Source of the DNA: Candidatus Omnitrophota bacterium
Lineage (GTDB): Bacteria > Omnitrophota > Gorgyraeia > Gygaellales > Profunditerraquicolaceae
DNA: 64,000 nt
Direction: 5' to 3'
NCBI GenBank assembly: GCA_028715785.1
Contig: JAQURC010000005.1
Coordinates: forward strand, 2,095-66,094
Position numbers and translations under genes: made by a program. The notes under the pieces are model-generated. The model saw only the letters and a program-made list of their open reading frames with translations. It was not told the DNA's origin and did no database searches. Shown one piece after another: positions 41,776 to 51,621 of this stretch. Every line of letters begins with the position of its first letter. The stretch's first letter is position 1.

Positions 41776-42578
41776 TATTTTATAATCGCGCTGCTAAGAT
41801 AGAAATAAAATACCGGTGCGGTAAAAAGCAGGCTGTCAATTTGATCCAAGGCCCCGCCCATGCCGGGGAATATATTCCCTGAATCCTTGACCTGGCAGTC
41901 TCTTTTAAGCAGGGATTCCGAAAGGTCCCCAAGCTGCCCAAGGACCCCGAAACAAACTGCCATTACCAGTAACTGCGGGTAATCAAATGGTAAAAATAAT
42001 TTACCGATAAATACCCCCAGGATATTGAATGCCAAACCGCCAAGGGCTCCTTCAACGGTCTTCTTAGGGCTGATATGCGGGATTAAAGGTTGCTTGCCCC
42101 ATCTGCTCCCGACTAAATATGCTCCGATATCCCCCAATTTAGTAATTAATAACAGGCCCGCCAGGTATCCTAAGCCCCCCGGTAGATACCGGATCTTTAT
42201 AAGAAAACTGAAAAACCAGGAAACATAAAGAATGCCAAAAAGCGTGGTAGAAATATCGACAATCACCCCATCGTTGTCCCGGCGCCTAAATTGCATCAGT
42301 ATCAGAAAAAACAATGCCAAAACAATAAAAAGCAGCTCCCAGCCTTTAGTCGGTTCAAACCTGGACATAATCGACAAAGGGATGATCGTCCCGATGCCGA
42401 TACCGAAATATTTGTAGATACTGATCCCTTTTTTTTCAAGCATCGTGAAATATTCATAAAGCCCGGCAATGATAAAAAGGGTAACCACCAAGCCGCACAG
42501 CCAATCAAAAAAGATAACTCCGGAAATAATGCTAACCAATACCGCAGAAGTGATTATTCTTTTAGTTAACATCCACAC
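41775..42578 (-). CDS. cdsA: phosphatidate cytidylyltransferase
   Basis: Polytopic membrane protein with C-terminal 'GGALDQIDSLLF' CTP-transferase signature. Confidence 0.8.
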   Translation of the reverse strand: MWMLTKRIITSAVLVSIISGVIFFDWLCGLVVTLFIIAGLYEYFTMLEKKGISIYKYFGIGIGTIIPLSIMSRFEPTKGWELLFIVLALFFLILMQFRRRDNDGVIVDISTTLFGILYVSWFFSFLIKIRYLPGGLGYLAGLLLITKLGDIGAYLVGSRWGKQPLIPHISPKKTVEGALGGLAFNILGVFIGKLFLPFDYPQLLVMAVCFGVLGQLGDLSESLLKRDCQVKDSGNIFPGMGGALDQIDSLLFTAPVFYFYLSSAIIK

Positions 42579-43278
42579 CTCCGAATCTTCTCTCCCTCTT
42601 TTGATATTCCTTAATTGCCTCTTTTAACTGGTTAACCCCAAAATCCGGCCAATATTTGTGAGAAAAATAAAATTCCGAATAAGAAAGCTGCCAAAGCAAA
42701 AAATTACTGATGCGCATCTCAAAACTGGTACGAATCAGAAGGTCCGGGTCCGTAAGGTCGGCGGCATAAAAATAACTTCTAAAACCCTCCTCATCCAGGC
42801 TTTCTGGATCGGCCTTTTTGTCCAAGACATCTTTGGCAAATTTTTTGGCAGCATCCACGATCTCCTGCCTGCCGCCGTAGTTCAAAGCCAGGACGACTCT
42901 TAAGCCGGTATTATCCTTGGTTTTCTCCTGGGCCTTTTTAATTTTTACCTGAAGATATTTAGGGATAGGATCGGCGCGCCCGATAACCACAAAACGCATA
43001 TTATTCTTAGACAACTCATTGACTTCTTTACCCAAAAAACCATCCAGGTAACGCATTAAAACGTTTACTTCATTTTTTGGCCGGCTCCAGTTCTCGGTCG
43101 AAAAAGCAAAGAAAGTAACCGTTTCGATACCCAACATAGAAGCGCCGCGGATAATTTCCTTTACCCGCTTCAGCCCCTCTCTATGGCCGGCAGTGCGCGG
43201 CAGGCCTCTCTGCCTTGCCCAGCGGCCGTTACCGTCCATAATAAAAGCTACATGTTTGGGGATTTCGGGATTATCCAC
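42562..43278 (-). CDS. uppS: isoprenyl transferase (undecaprenyl diphosphate synthase)
   Basis: 'HVAFIMDGNGRWA' and 'LTVFAFSTENWSRP' motifs. Confidence 0.9.
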   Translation of the reverse strand: MDNPEIPKHVAFIMDGNGRWARQRGLPRTAGHREGLKRVKEIIRGASMLGIETVTFFAFSTENWSRPKNEVNVLMRYLDGFLGKEVNELSKNNMRFVVIGRADPIPKYLQVKIKKAQEKTKDNTGLRVVLALNYGGRQEIVDAAKKFAKDVLDKKADPESLDEEGFRSYFYAADLTDPDLLIRTSFEMRISNFLLWQLSYSEFYFSHKYWPDFGVNQLKEAIKEYQKRERRFGGVDVN

Positions 43279-44861
43279 TACCGATGAAGTTGATAATCTA
43301 TATTGGGAAAAAGATTGTCTTTATATTCAATGTCAGAGAGCCAGTTCTCATCGACATTATTAGACTTGACATCTTCATAGATCCGGGTAAACCTTAAGAG
43401 ATGGTCTTTAGTGCGGCGTATCGCATAGCTGGTATGTGTTCCGGTTCCCAGAATAAAAGCCCAATCGGAACTCTGCGCCAGCAGCAATTCACGTAAAGCC
43501 TGGTTTAACGCGCGGCGCTGTAAGCCGCTAGCCACGGGGAAACTCTTGGCTAATTCGCTCATGCGGCTTGAAGCCATATGTAAGTGGCGGTAAATCCAGT
43601 CGTTTGCTCCCTGCAGCCACATTTCCGAGTATCCTTTATAACCCCAGCTGGAAAGCGAAGGCGTGATCACCTGATTACGCGGATTCTGGTCCAGATACTC
43701 AGAAGGAGTAATCATGCGGATTTCCTGCTGGTCACAGGCAACCTTACGGAATAAGAAATCCAGCCACATCGGCCCTTCATACCACCAGTGCCCGAAAAGT
43801 TCGGCATCATAAGGAGAAATTATGATCGGAGGCTTGCCCATAAGGTCATTAAGATAACTGGCCTGTTTCTGGCGGTTAAACATAAAATTGCCCGCGTGCT
43901 CTGCCGCCTTGCCCCTTGCCCATTCCGGCACATATGGCTCTTTATGATTTCCTGAGCCGGTAATCCGGTAATATTTAATTCCGGTGTTAATCCGCACTCC
44001 GTCGGGATGGATGTAAGGCCTGATATAATCAAACTCCAGGTCAAAGCCGACATCGCGGTAAAATTCCCGGTAATTATAATCGCCGGGATAGCCTTCGATA
44101 GAAGACCAGACCTGTTTTGAAGATTCAAGGTCCCGGCCAAACGCGGCCACGCCTGTGCCTTTGCAATAAACCGGAGCAAAGACCCCGTATTTAGGCCGCG
44201 GGGTTCCGTGCAGCAGGCCGTGGGAATCGGTAAAAAAATAACGGATCCCCGCTTCTTTAAGTATTTCGTCATGCCCCGGGTAAAAACCGCACTCCGGCAG
44301 CCAAATCCCCCTGGGCCTCCTGCCAAAGGTGTTTTCATAATGATTGGCTGCCACCTTTACCTGGGCGGCCACTGAATCCCGGCAAACATCCATCAGCGGA
44401 AAAAATCCGTGCGTGGCCCCGCAGGTAATTATCTCAAGTTTTCCTAAATCCTGGAACTTTTTAAAAGCATAGACCAGGTTTGAATTATATTTCTGGAAGG
44501 TATCCCGGGCATGCGAAAACCGGTTAAAATACATCACTGCCAGGTTCCTGAAATCCGGCTGCCATTTTGTCCGCTCGATTTCTTTTTGGGACAACTCAAT
44601 GAGCTTATTGATGTGCTTGAGGTAACGCTCCTGCAGCAAGGAGTCGGCAAGCATGGAAATAAGCGTGGGGCTTAAAGTCATGGTAATGCGGAAATCTATC
44701 CCGTCATTTACCAGCCCCTCGAAAACAGAAATCAGCGGCGCATAAGTTTCGGTGATCGCCTCATAGAGCCAATCCTCCTCGAGAAAATCCTCATGTTCCG
44801 GATGGCGCACAAAAGGCAGATGTCCGTGTAAAACCAAACAGAGATATCCTTTATGAGACAT
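43278..44861 (-). CDS. GH57 family glycoside hydrolase, probable 1,4-alpha-glucan branching enzyme
   Basis: 'LVLHGHLPFVRHPE' N-terminal GH57 motif; ~527 aa. Likely ATG at 44861 (MSHKGYL) with 'aaggtga' SD; the track start at 44873 is GTG. Confidence 0.7.
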   Translation of the reverse strand: MSHKGYLCLVLHGHLPFVRHPEHEDFLEEDWLYEAITETYAPLISVFEGLVNDGIDFRITMTLSPTLISMLADSLLQERYLKHINKLIELSQKEIERTKWQPDFRNLAVMYFNRFSHARDTFQKYNSNLVYAFKKFQDLGKLEIITCGATHGFFPLMDVCRDSVAAQVKVAANHYENTFGRRPRGIWLPECGFYPGHDEILKEAGIRYFFTDSHGLLHGTPRPKYGVFAPVYCKGTGVAAFGRDLESSKQVWSSIEGYPGDYNYREFYRDVGFDLEFDYIRPYIHPDGVRINTGIKYYRITGSGNHKEPYVPEWARGKAAEHAGNFMFNRQKQASYLNDLMGKPPIIISPYDAELFGHWWYEGPMWLDFLFRKVACDQQEIRMITPSEYLDQNPRNQVITPSLSSWGYKGYSEMWLQGANDWIYRHLHMASSRMSELAKSFPVASGLQRRALNQALRELLLAQSSDWAFILGTGTHTSYAIRRTKDHLLRFTRIYEDVKSNNVDENWLSDIEYKDNLFPNIDYQLHR

Positions 44862-44873
44862 TGTTAAATTCAC

Positions 44874-45001
44874 CTTAATTTTGTGTAACGTTAAATGTGT
44901 AACGTGTAATGTTAGTGTAATGCCTGATTGTAATGTAAATCTTTTGTTTCGTTGCGTATAGTTACATTGCAGTCGCTTTACACATTACACATTACACAAA
45001 T
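44874..45001. repeat. imperfect inverted repeat built from GTGTAA(C/T)G units, with the core 'TTTTGTGTAACGTTAAAYGTGTAACGTGTAATG' shared with 61603-61650
   Basis: Left arm 44890-44925, and right arm 44962-44995 'tttacacattacacattacacaaatttaacg' as its reverse complement. The first 45 nt recur at 61603. Confidence 0.5.
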
Positions 45002-45973
45002 TTAACGGGTTTCCCGGGTTACGATCGGAGTAATCGCCCGCTCTTCCAGTTTATCCGCGGAGGTTGCCTTAACCGGAATTACCTGTTTTCCGTCGGGTAA
45101 ATAATAACGCAGGGTAAAGGTGCCGTCCGGCCTTAATTTAACCGGCGCCCCCTGCACTGTTACTTGGGCATCAGGTTCGGTCGCCCCGTAAACAATTAAT
45201 TCACAATCAACCTTTAACCAAAAACTTCTTTCCTTGATCTCTTTTTTTACCGGGCTTGAAGATATCCCTGAACTAAACAACCCCTGCTTTATGCGTTCCT
45301 GCCAGGCGCCTCCTACCGGAGAACTTCTGCCTAAGCCAAAACCCATTCCATAAAGCCTGGCAAACATATCATCGGGGATCATCCACTCTTCATCGGTAAT
45401 CCATGACGGGCCATCCAAAGGAGTCTGCACGACATTTGAACGTAAAATAGTAATGAATCTGCCGTCGGCTAACATCAATCCCAAATCCACGCACCAACTC
45501 CGGCCGGGGCCGGCGGTATCGATATACCAGCTGTTGGCAAAATCATTGATCAGGATATCAAAAAAACGGTTGGCATTAAAACCGTTAAAGATGACGCTGG
45601 TGACGTCATAAACCCTTAAAACTTTCCTGGCCCGATGGAACTCATCCCCTAACTTGGCCTTTAGCCCTTCAATGGTCTGAGCCCTTAGCTCCCAATATGC
45701 GTGCAGCCAATGCGGGTCGCGTACCTGTAAAACAATCCTATCCTGGTCATAAAGAGAAGGTAGCTCCTGCGGCATGGTACGCACAAAAGAAACATTCTCT
45801 GCATGCGAAAATTTTGTATTCGCTATGGCTGTTTCTTGAAAACTCAAAGTATCTGTATTCGGGTAGCTGGAAACTTTTGCGGGTTTTGCTTTTTTATTGA
45901 GCCCTAACTTTAAATTCGTTTTAGAAACCGCCTTCTTCAATATTTCTTTGGATTTCTTTAATATCTTCTTCAT
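45002..45973 (-). CDS. hypothetical protein, tentatively DUF4912-like (a family I recall co-occurring with GH57 genes)
   Basis: 'RIVLQVRDPHWLHAYWEL' region. Likely start 'MKKILKK' at 45973 with 'agggagg' SD; the track start 46036 is TTG. Confidence 0.45.
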   Translation of the reverse strand: MKKILKKSKEILKKAVSKTNLKLGLNKKAKPAKVSSYPNTDTLSFQETAIANTKFSHAENVSFVRTMPQELPSLYDQDRIVLQVRDPHWLHAYWELRAQTIEGLKAKLGDEFHRARKVLRVYDVTSVIFNGFNANRFFDILINDFANSWYIDTAGPGRSWCVDLGLMLADGRFITILRSNVVQTPLDGPSWITDEEWMIPDDMFARLYGMGFGLGRSSPVGGAWQERIKQGLFSSGISSSPVKKEIKERSFWLKVDCELIVYGATEPDAQVTVQGAPVKLRPDGTFTLRYYLPDGKQVIPVKATSADKLEERAITPIVTRETR

Positions 45974-46030
45974 TTTCCCGCCTCCCTGGCCATAAGGCCA
46001 TACCCCTGCAACTCCTTTAAGCGCGGAGTA
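45974..46030 (-). promoter_or_regulatory. conserved 5'-leader motif, copy X (upstream of the DUF4912-like gene)
   Basis: Sense sequence 'tactccgcgcttaaaggagttgcaggggtatggccttatggccagggaggcgggaaaATG'. Shares the 'GGGTATGGCCTTnTGGCCArGGAGG' core with copy Y. Confidence 0.45.
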
Positions 46031-46036
46031 TTCCAA

Positions 46037-46062
46037 TAAAAAAAGGGATTTCTCCCCTTATC
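46037..46062 (-). terminator. weak intrinsic terminator (5-bp stem plus U7)
   Basis: Sense sequence 'aaggggagaaatccctttttttatt' directly 3' of the coiled-coil lipoprotein gene. Confidence 0.35.
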
Positions 46063-46094
46063 AAAATCCTTAATGCGCCCTGGCCTCCTCTATT

Positions 46095-46478
46095 TCATCT
46101 TCTAGATCTCTTGAGGCCTGTCGCAGCTTCCTTTAAATTTTCTTCCAGGGCATCTTTAAGCTTGGTTACTTTTTCCAGCTCTTCCTTCAAACTCTGATTG
46201 ACCATCTGATCCTGAAGCAAGGCTTTCTTTGCCGCCTCGAGAGTATTTTTTAACTCCTGCGCCTCTTTTTCCTTTGCTTTAGCCCTTTCTTCCAGAGTTG
46301 ATTTATCCTGGGAAAACTTGCTCATCCTCTCTTCCAGGGCAAGCCGGGCAGCCATCTCTTTATCGCGAGCGGCTTTCTGGCGCATTGCGCTGCTGCAAGA
46401 ACTAAGGGTGCCGAAAAAAAATACCACGGATAATGCCGCTAAAATTATTAATATACGATTTTTTAAAACCTCGTCCAT
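46095..46478 (-). CDS. coiled-coil lipoprotein (hypothetical)
   Basis: 'ILIILAALSVVFFFGTLSSCSS' lipobox-like signal, then Glu/Lys-rich heptad-like sequence. Confidence 0.45.
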   Translation of the reverse strand: MDEVLKNRILIILAALSVVFFFGTLSSCSSAMRQKAARDKEMAARLALEERMSKFSQDKSTLEERAKAKEKEAQELKNTLEAAKKALLQDQMVNQSLKEELEKVTKLKDALEENLKEAATGLKRSRR

Positions 46479-46492
46479 CTTAAACACCATGC

Positions 46493-47143
46493 TTATTTAA
46501 GATTCTCCTGGGGTTCTTTTAATTCAGGTGAACCGGAAGAGCCACCCTTAACTTTGGTGACATTGGGCAATATGACTATCTCTACCCTGCGGTTCTGTTT
46601 ACGCCCGTCTTTGGTCTCATTGGAAGCAACCGGACGGTATTCTCCATATCCGATCGCCGATAAACGCTCGGGAGATATACCCTGGTCTTTATCCAAATAA
46701 TGCAAAACACTTAAAGCCCGGGCAGTAGAAAGCTCCCAGTTCGATTTCCAGCCGGAATGCTTAATCGGCGTATTGTCCGTATGGCCTTCGATGCCCACAT
46801 TGAACTGGCGCATATTGTCTTTTAATACCGAAGATACCTTACCTAACAAAGAGTAAGCTTCAGACCTGATCTTGGCTTTCCCGGAGTCAAAGAGGAGGTC
46901 GCCGACCACGGTAATTACCAACCCTTTCTCCATCATCTGAAGCTTTATCTGTTTGTCATTTATCTCCTGGCTAAGTTTCTGCTCTAGCAGGTTCTTTGAA
47001 CGGGAAAGTTCATCCAATTGGCTGCTTAACTCTTCGATTTTTTGGACATCGGAACGCCTGCCTTTTTGAAAAATAAAAGTGCAGCCGGCTAAGCTGAAAC
47101 TTATGAATAAGGCTAAACTGAGTTTTAAAAAATTATTTTTCAT
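46493..47143 (-). CDS. OmpA/MotB-family lipoprotein (Pal-like peptidoglycan-binding domain)
   Basis: 'LALFISFSLAGC' lipobox, a coiled-coil segment, and C-terminal 'GHTDNTPIKHSGWKSNWELSTARALSVLHYL' OmpA_C domain. Confidence 0.7.
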   Translation of the reverse strand: MKNNFLKLSLALFISFSLAGCTFIFQKGRRSDVQKIEELSSQLDELSRSKNLLEQKLSQEINDKQIKLQMMEKGLVITVVGDLLFDSGKAKIRSEAYSLLGKVSSVLKDNMRQFNVGIEGHTDNTPIKHSGWKSNWELSTARALSVLHYLDKDQGISPERLSAIGYGEYRPVASNETKDGRKQNRRVEIVILPNVTKVKGGSSGSPELKEPQENLK

Positions 47144-47213
47144 CTCCCTCTCCTTCGCTTTGACTAGCGGAAAAAACAATCTGCGATCCCCTAGTTTCTT
47201 TTATTGAAATTTA

Positions 47214-47242
47214 AATATAACATAACCTATTATGATAGTCAA
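47214..47242 (-). promoter_or_regulatory. sigma70-type promoter (TTGACT-17-TATATT)
   Basis: Minus-strand read 'cacTTGACTatcataataggttatgtTATATTtaaatt' in the 82-nt gap between purA and the OmpA-like gene. Confidence 0.4.
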
Positions 47243-47261
47243 GTGTTTTATCCGCAATCAC

Positions 47262-48542
<1,281 letters not shown>

Positions 48543-48555
48543 TCAAATAGGCCCG

Positions 48556-49794
48556 TTACGGAGTCATCGTAAATATCTTGTGGGCAATATCCGGATATTT
48601 AGCGATAAAATTCAATTCATCATCAACCAGGGGCTTCTGATTATGCACATTGGCGTACCTGACCAGCTCTAATATACGCGTGGCCTCCGCCTCATCCTTA
48701 AAAGCCACCTCTAACTTCTCATAGACATTACGGAAACCTTTGATCCCGGAATATTCCCCGGCGGTAATCTTCCTGCCGGTTTCAATAATCTCCGGCTCCC
48801 CGCGGCCCAGCTCCTCATAATCATAAAGCTCATAGTTACGCCTGTCCTTGAGGGCTCCGTCGGCGTGAATCCCGGATTCATGGGCAAAAGCGTTCGCCCC
48901 TACCCCCGGCTGATTGATCGGAATGGGAACGCCAAAAGCATAAGAAGCGTATTTACAAATTTTCCAGGCCATCTTTAAATTTACTTTTTCATCTAAATAA
49001 TAATCCTGCATCCCCTGGCCGTATTTAATCGCCAGGATAACCGAGACCAGATCCGCGTTTCCCGCCCGTTCGCCCATGCCATTGACACAGGTATTAATAT
49101 AGGAATCTACGCCGGCGTCGCTTGCCGCTTTTGCTCCGGAGATAGAATTGGCAACTACCAGGCCCAGGTCATTGTGGCAATGCACCTCAATCGGCAGCTT
49201 CACTGCCTCAGCCAATAATTTTATTCTTTCATAAATGCTAAAAGGCGTATCGCATCCCAATGTATCGCAGTAACGGATCCTGGCTGCCCCGGCCTCTTTT
49301 GCCTTGAGGGCGAATTCAACCAGATAATCCAAATTTGTGCGCGAGGCATCCTCGGCATTCACGCCCACGGATTCTGCCCCGGATTTTATCGACTCAAGCA
49401 CCGCTTCCCGCATCTCCTTGATTATCGATTGGTGGTCGAGCTTGCCTTTGAATTTATGCGTAATCATCTGGTCGCTGGTCGAGATGGAAAGATTCAGGTA
49501 TTTTAAATGCGGGACCAGTTTAAAGGCAGTCTTTACGTCGTCTTTGGTCGCCCGCAGCCAGCCGTTCAGTCTGATCCTGGAAAAAGCGCCTAATTTGACT
49601 AATTCCAGGTTAGCATTCAAATAATTTGTCTCATGGCGGGTCAGCGGAAACCCAAACTCCGATTGGAAAACACCCATCTGGTCCAGATACCAGTTGATCA
49701 TAGTCTTCTGCAGTTTCGAAAGGCAGATGCGGGAGGTTTGCACTCCGTCGCGGTTAGTTACATCTAGCAAATAAATGACTGGTTTATGCGCCAT
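48556..49794 (-). CDS. homocitrate / 2-isopropylmalate / citramalate synthase family protein (DRE-TIM metallolyase)
   Basis: 'LLDVTNRDGVQT' and 'HCHNDLGLVVANSISG' motifs of the LeuA/NifV family. No regulatory C-terminal domain (412 aa). Confidence 0.7.
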   Translation of the reverse strand: MAHKPVIYLLDVTNRDGVQTSRICLSKLQKTMINWYLDQMGVFQSEFGFPLTRHETNYLNANLELVKLGAFSRIRLNGWLRATKDDVKTAFKLVPHLKYLNLSISTSDQMITHKFKGKLDHQSIIKEMREAVLESIKSGAESVGVNAEDASRTNLDYLVEFALKAKEAGAARIRYCDTLGCDTPFSIYERIKLLAEAVKLPIEVHCHNDLGLVVANSISGAKAASDAGVDSYINTCVNGMGERAGNADLVSVILAIKYGQGMQDYYLDEKVNLKMAWKICKYASYAFGVPIPINQPGVGANAFAHESGIHADGALKDRRNYELYDYEELGRGEPEIIETGRKITAGEYSGIKGFRNVYEKLEVAFKDEAEATRILELVRYANVHNQKPLVDDELNFIAKYPDIAHKIFTMTP

Positions 49795-49812
49795 ATTTTC
49801 ACCTCAATCTCC

Positions 49813-51621
49813 TTATCTCTTAATTATTCTTTTAAGATCCTCTTTTGCCGGTACGCCCCAGGAGGAAAAAATCTGATGATTATCCAATAGATACACCGGG
49901 CCGGAGGAAACCTGGATCTCTTTGTTCAAACTTATGTTTTCTTTAAGCAGCCTTGCCCCTTCCGGGCCCCTGGCGCAGCTCTTTACTTTAAGCGGACTGG
50001 CTCCTTCGCCAAGGCAATCTTCCCAATAAGAACTGCCGATATCCTTAGAGCGGCAAATCAAATAATCCCAAAATTTCTGCGGGTAATATTTCTGGACGCA
50101 TACCCCGCGCAAATACTCCTCTGCCTCGGCAATGCCGCCTTTAGCGGTAAAACCTTGGGCGTTATCTCCTGCCAGAAAATGCAGATTTGGCTCAAACTCC
50201 TGCATAACCGCCAATATCCCGGAAGCATCTTTTTCGAATAAACTAAAGAACATATCAAGCCTGCCTTTTTTGATTTGGCGGTTAAGTAAATATGCCAGTC
50301 CGCTTGCCTGCGGCTTAAGCATATAACCATTACCTGTTTGTAAAAAGTCATTTTTGATATTGGCAAAACCATCCTCTTCTTCGATTTCCTTCCCAAAGAT
50401 ATAAGCGGGCAATCCTTGAATCGACAGCTCTTTGATTTTTCTTTGCGCCTGGGCATCCGGATAATAAAGATACCGGGTGGTTATCCCCGGGAATTTTTTC
50501 TTCAATGAATTTATAACCGGCTCGGCATTGCACACAGGGCAATCTTTCACGCTAATTACCAAAAGATTTACTTTGTTTGGCGCTTTGAATGAACAACTGG
50601 CTTCCGGTGTCCCGGGGTTCTGGCAGCTTCCCGCCAAAGCCTCCTTTTTGCAATTGCTGTCGGAATAACAACGCGGCAGGATAGCATTGATATCGGCATC
50701 ATCGGCGATATTCTCCGATAAACGCAGTTCATCAAGCTTACAATCTAAAAGCTTGCCCTCTTTAACTTCTAAATTTAATTTTCCTAACTTCCGCCCCTGC
50801 CAGAAAGGCCGCAGGATAAAAGTTGCATCAATCTTAGTCAGCGGCTCCTGTTTGAGCGGGTTTTGCCCGATAAAAAGTATATCGATACCCTTGACCTGGG
50901 AAATTAATTTTAAATCCTCCTGTTCACCCAAGGTGCTCAAAAGAATGATTATTTGAGCACCCTCTTTTTTCAGCCGGCTGATTAATTTTGCGGTTTCCGC
51001 CGGCGCATTGATCTTTAATCCCTCTGTTTTTTGATGCGCGGAGAAACTGGTCAATCCGATGATGCCGACCTTGACTCCATTGGCATCTTTAATTATATAT
51101 GGGGAAACTTTATCCGTATCTAAGTTAGCGCTAAGGTATGCGGGGTGAAACTTCTTGGCGTTTTTTAAGAAAAATTCTTTTCCAAAATTGAATTCATCGG
51201 AGCCGATACCTGCGGCGTCATATTGCATAAGCTCCATAGACTTATAGTTGGCTTCCGAACGCCGCATATCCAATTGAGCGCTCTGGGTATATTCATCCAT
51301 CAAGCCGCCGGCGGTAAAATTACCGCAATCTAAAAGCAGGAGCCCTGGATCTTTTTTTCTTAACTCCTTGACCAGGCTCCCCCGCCGGCTGACACCGCCA
51401 TCCTGCTGGACAGGGCAACTGCATGGATAGAGCATAGCGTGAGTTTGGCCGGTATAAATAATAGTAACTTCTTGGGCATAACCAAGAGAGGCAAAACAGA
51501 GAACGGAAACCAGAAGACAGAGAACGGAAGACAGAGAACGGAAAAAACAAAAATTCTGACTTCGGTTTTCCGTCTTCTGAATTCTGACTTCTGTCTTCTG
51601 ATTTCTGGCCTTTTTTATCAT
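49813..51621 (-). CDS. secreted 5'-nucleotidase (UshA)-like protein with degenerate metallophosphoesterase motifs, fused to a Cys-containing C-terminal region
   Basis: Aligns by eye to the UshA N-domain ('VTIIYTGQTHAM', 'LLLDCGNFTAGG', 'QYDAAGIGSDEFN', 'AYLSANLD') with catalytic His/Asp replaced. C-terminus has 'DCPVCNAEP' (CxxC). Confidence 0.55.
   Translation of the reverse strand: MIKKARNQKTEVRIQKTENRSQNFCFFRSLSSVLCLLVSVLCFASLGYAQEVTIIYTGQTHAMLYPCSCPVQQDGGVSRRGSLVKELRKKDPGLLLLDCGNFTAGGLMDEYTQSAQLDMRRSEANYKSMELMQYDAAGIGSDEFNFGKEFFLKNAKKFHPAYLSANLDTDKVSPYIIKDANGVKVGIIGLTSFSAHQKTEGLKINAPAETAKLISRLKKEGAQIIILLSTLGEQEDLKLISQVKGIDILFIGQNPLKQEPLTKIDATFILRPFWQGRKLGKLNLEVKEGKLLDCKLDELRLSENIADDADINAILPRCYSDSNCKKEALAGSCQNPGTPEASCSFKAPNKVNLLVISVKDCPVCNAEPVINSLKKKFPGITTRYLYYPDAQAQRKIKELSIQGLPAYIFGKEIEEEDGFANIKNDFLQTGNGYMLKPQASGLAYLLNRQIKKGRLDMFFSLFEKDASGILAVMQEFEPNLHFLAGDNAQGFTAKGGIAEAEEYLRGVCVQKYYPQKFWDYLICRSKDIGSSYWEDCLGEGASPLKVKSCARGPEGARLLKENISLNKEIQVSSGPVYLLDNHQIFSSWGVPAKEDLKRIIKR
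51496..51600. repeat. tandem 13-mers 'acagagaacggaa' (x3) plus an inverted 'ttccgtcttctg' copy, inside the 5' coding region of the nucleotidase-like gene
   Basis: Copies at 51496-51508, 51517-51529 and 51531-51543, with inverted units at 51567-51600. They encode 'QKTEVRIQKTENRSQ' and the hydrophobic h-region. Confidence 0.5.

Noticed and set aside
43820-44338. 172-aa minus-strand ORF nested in the GH57 gene, and similar nested ORFs at 50058-50456 and 11630-11869
   Set aside because: They are alternative frames inside longer genes with clear homology, and have no motifs.
51496-51600. Possible CRISPR array or VNTR at the tandem 13-mers
   Set aside because: The units are 13 nt with no spacers of CRISPR size and no cas genes, and they lie inside a coding region. 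I treat this as an intragenic tandem repeat.
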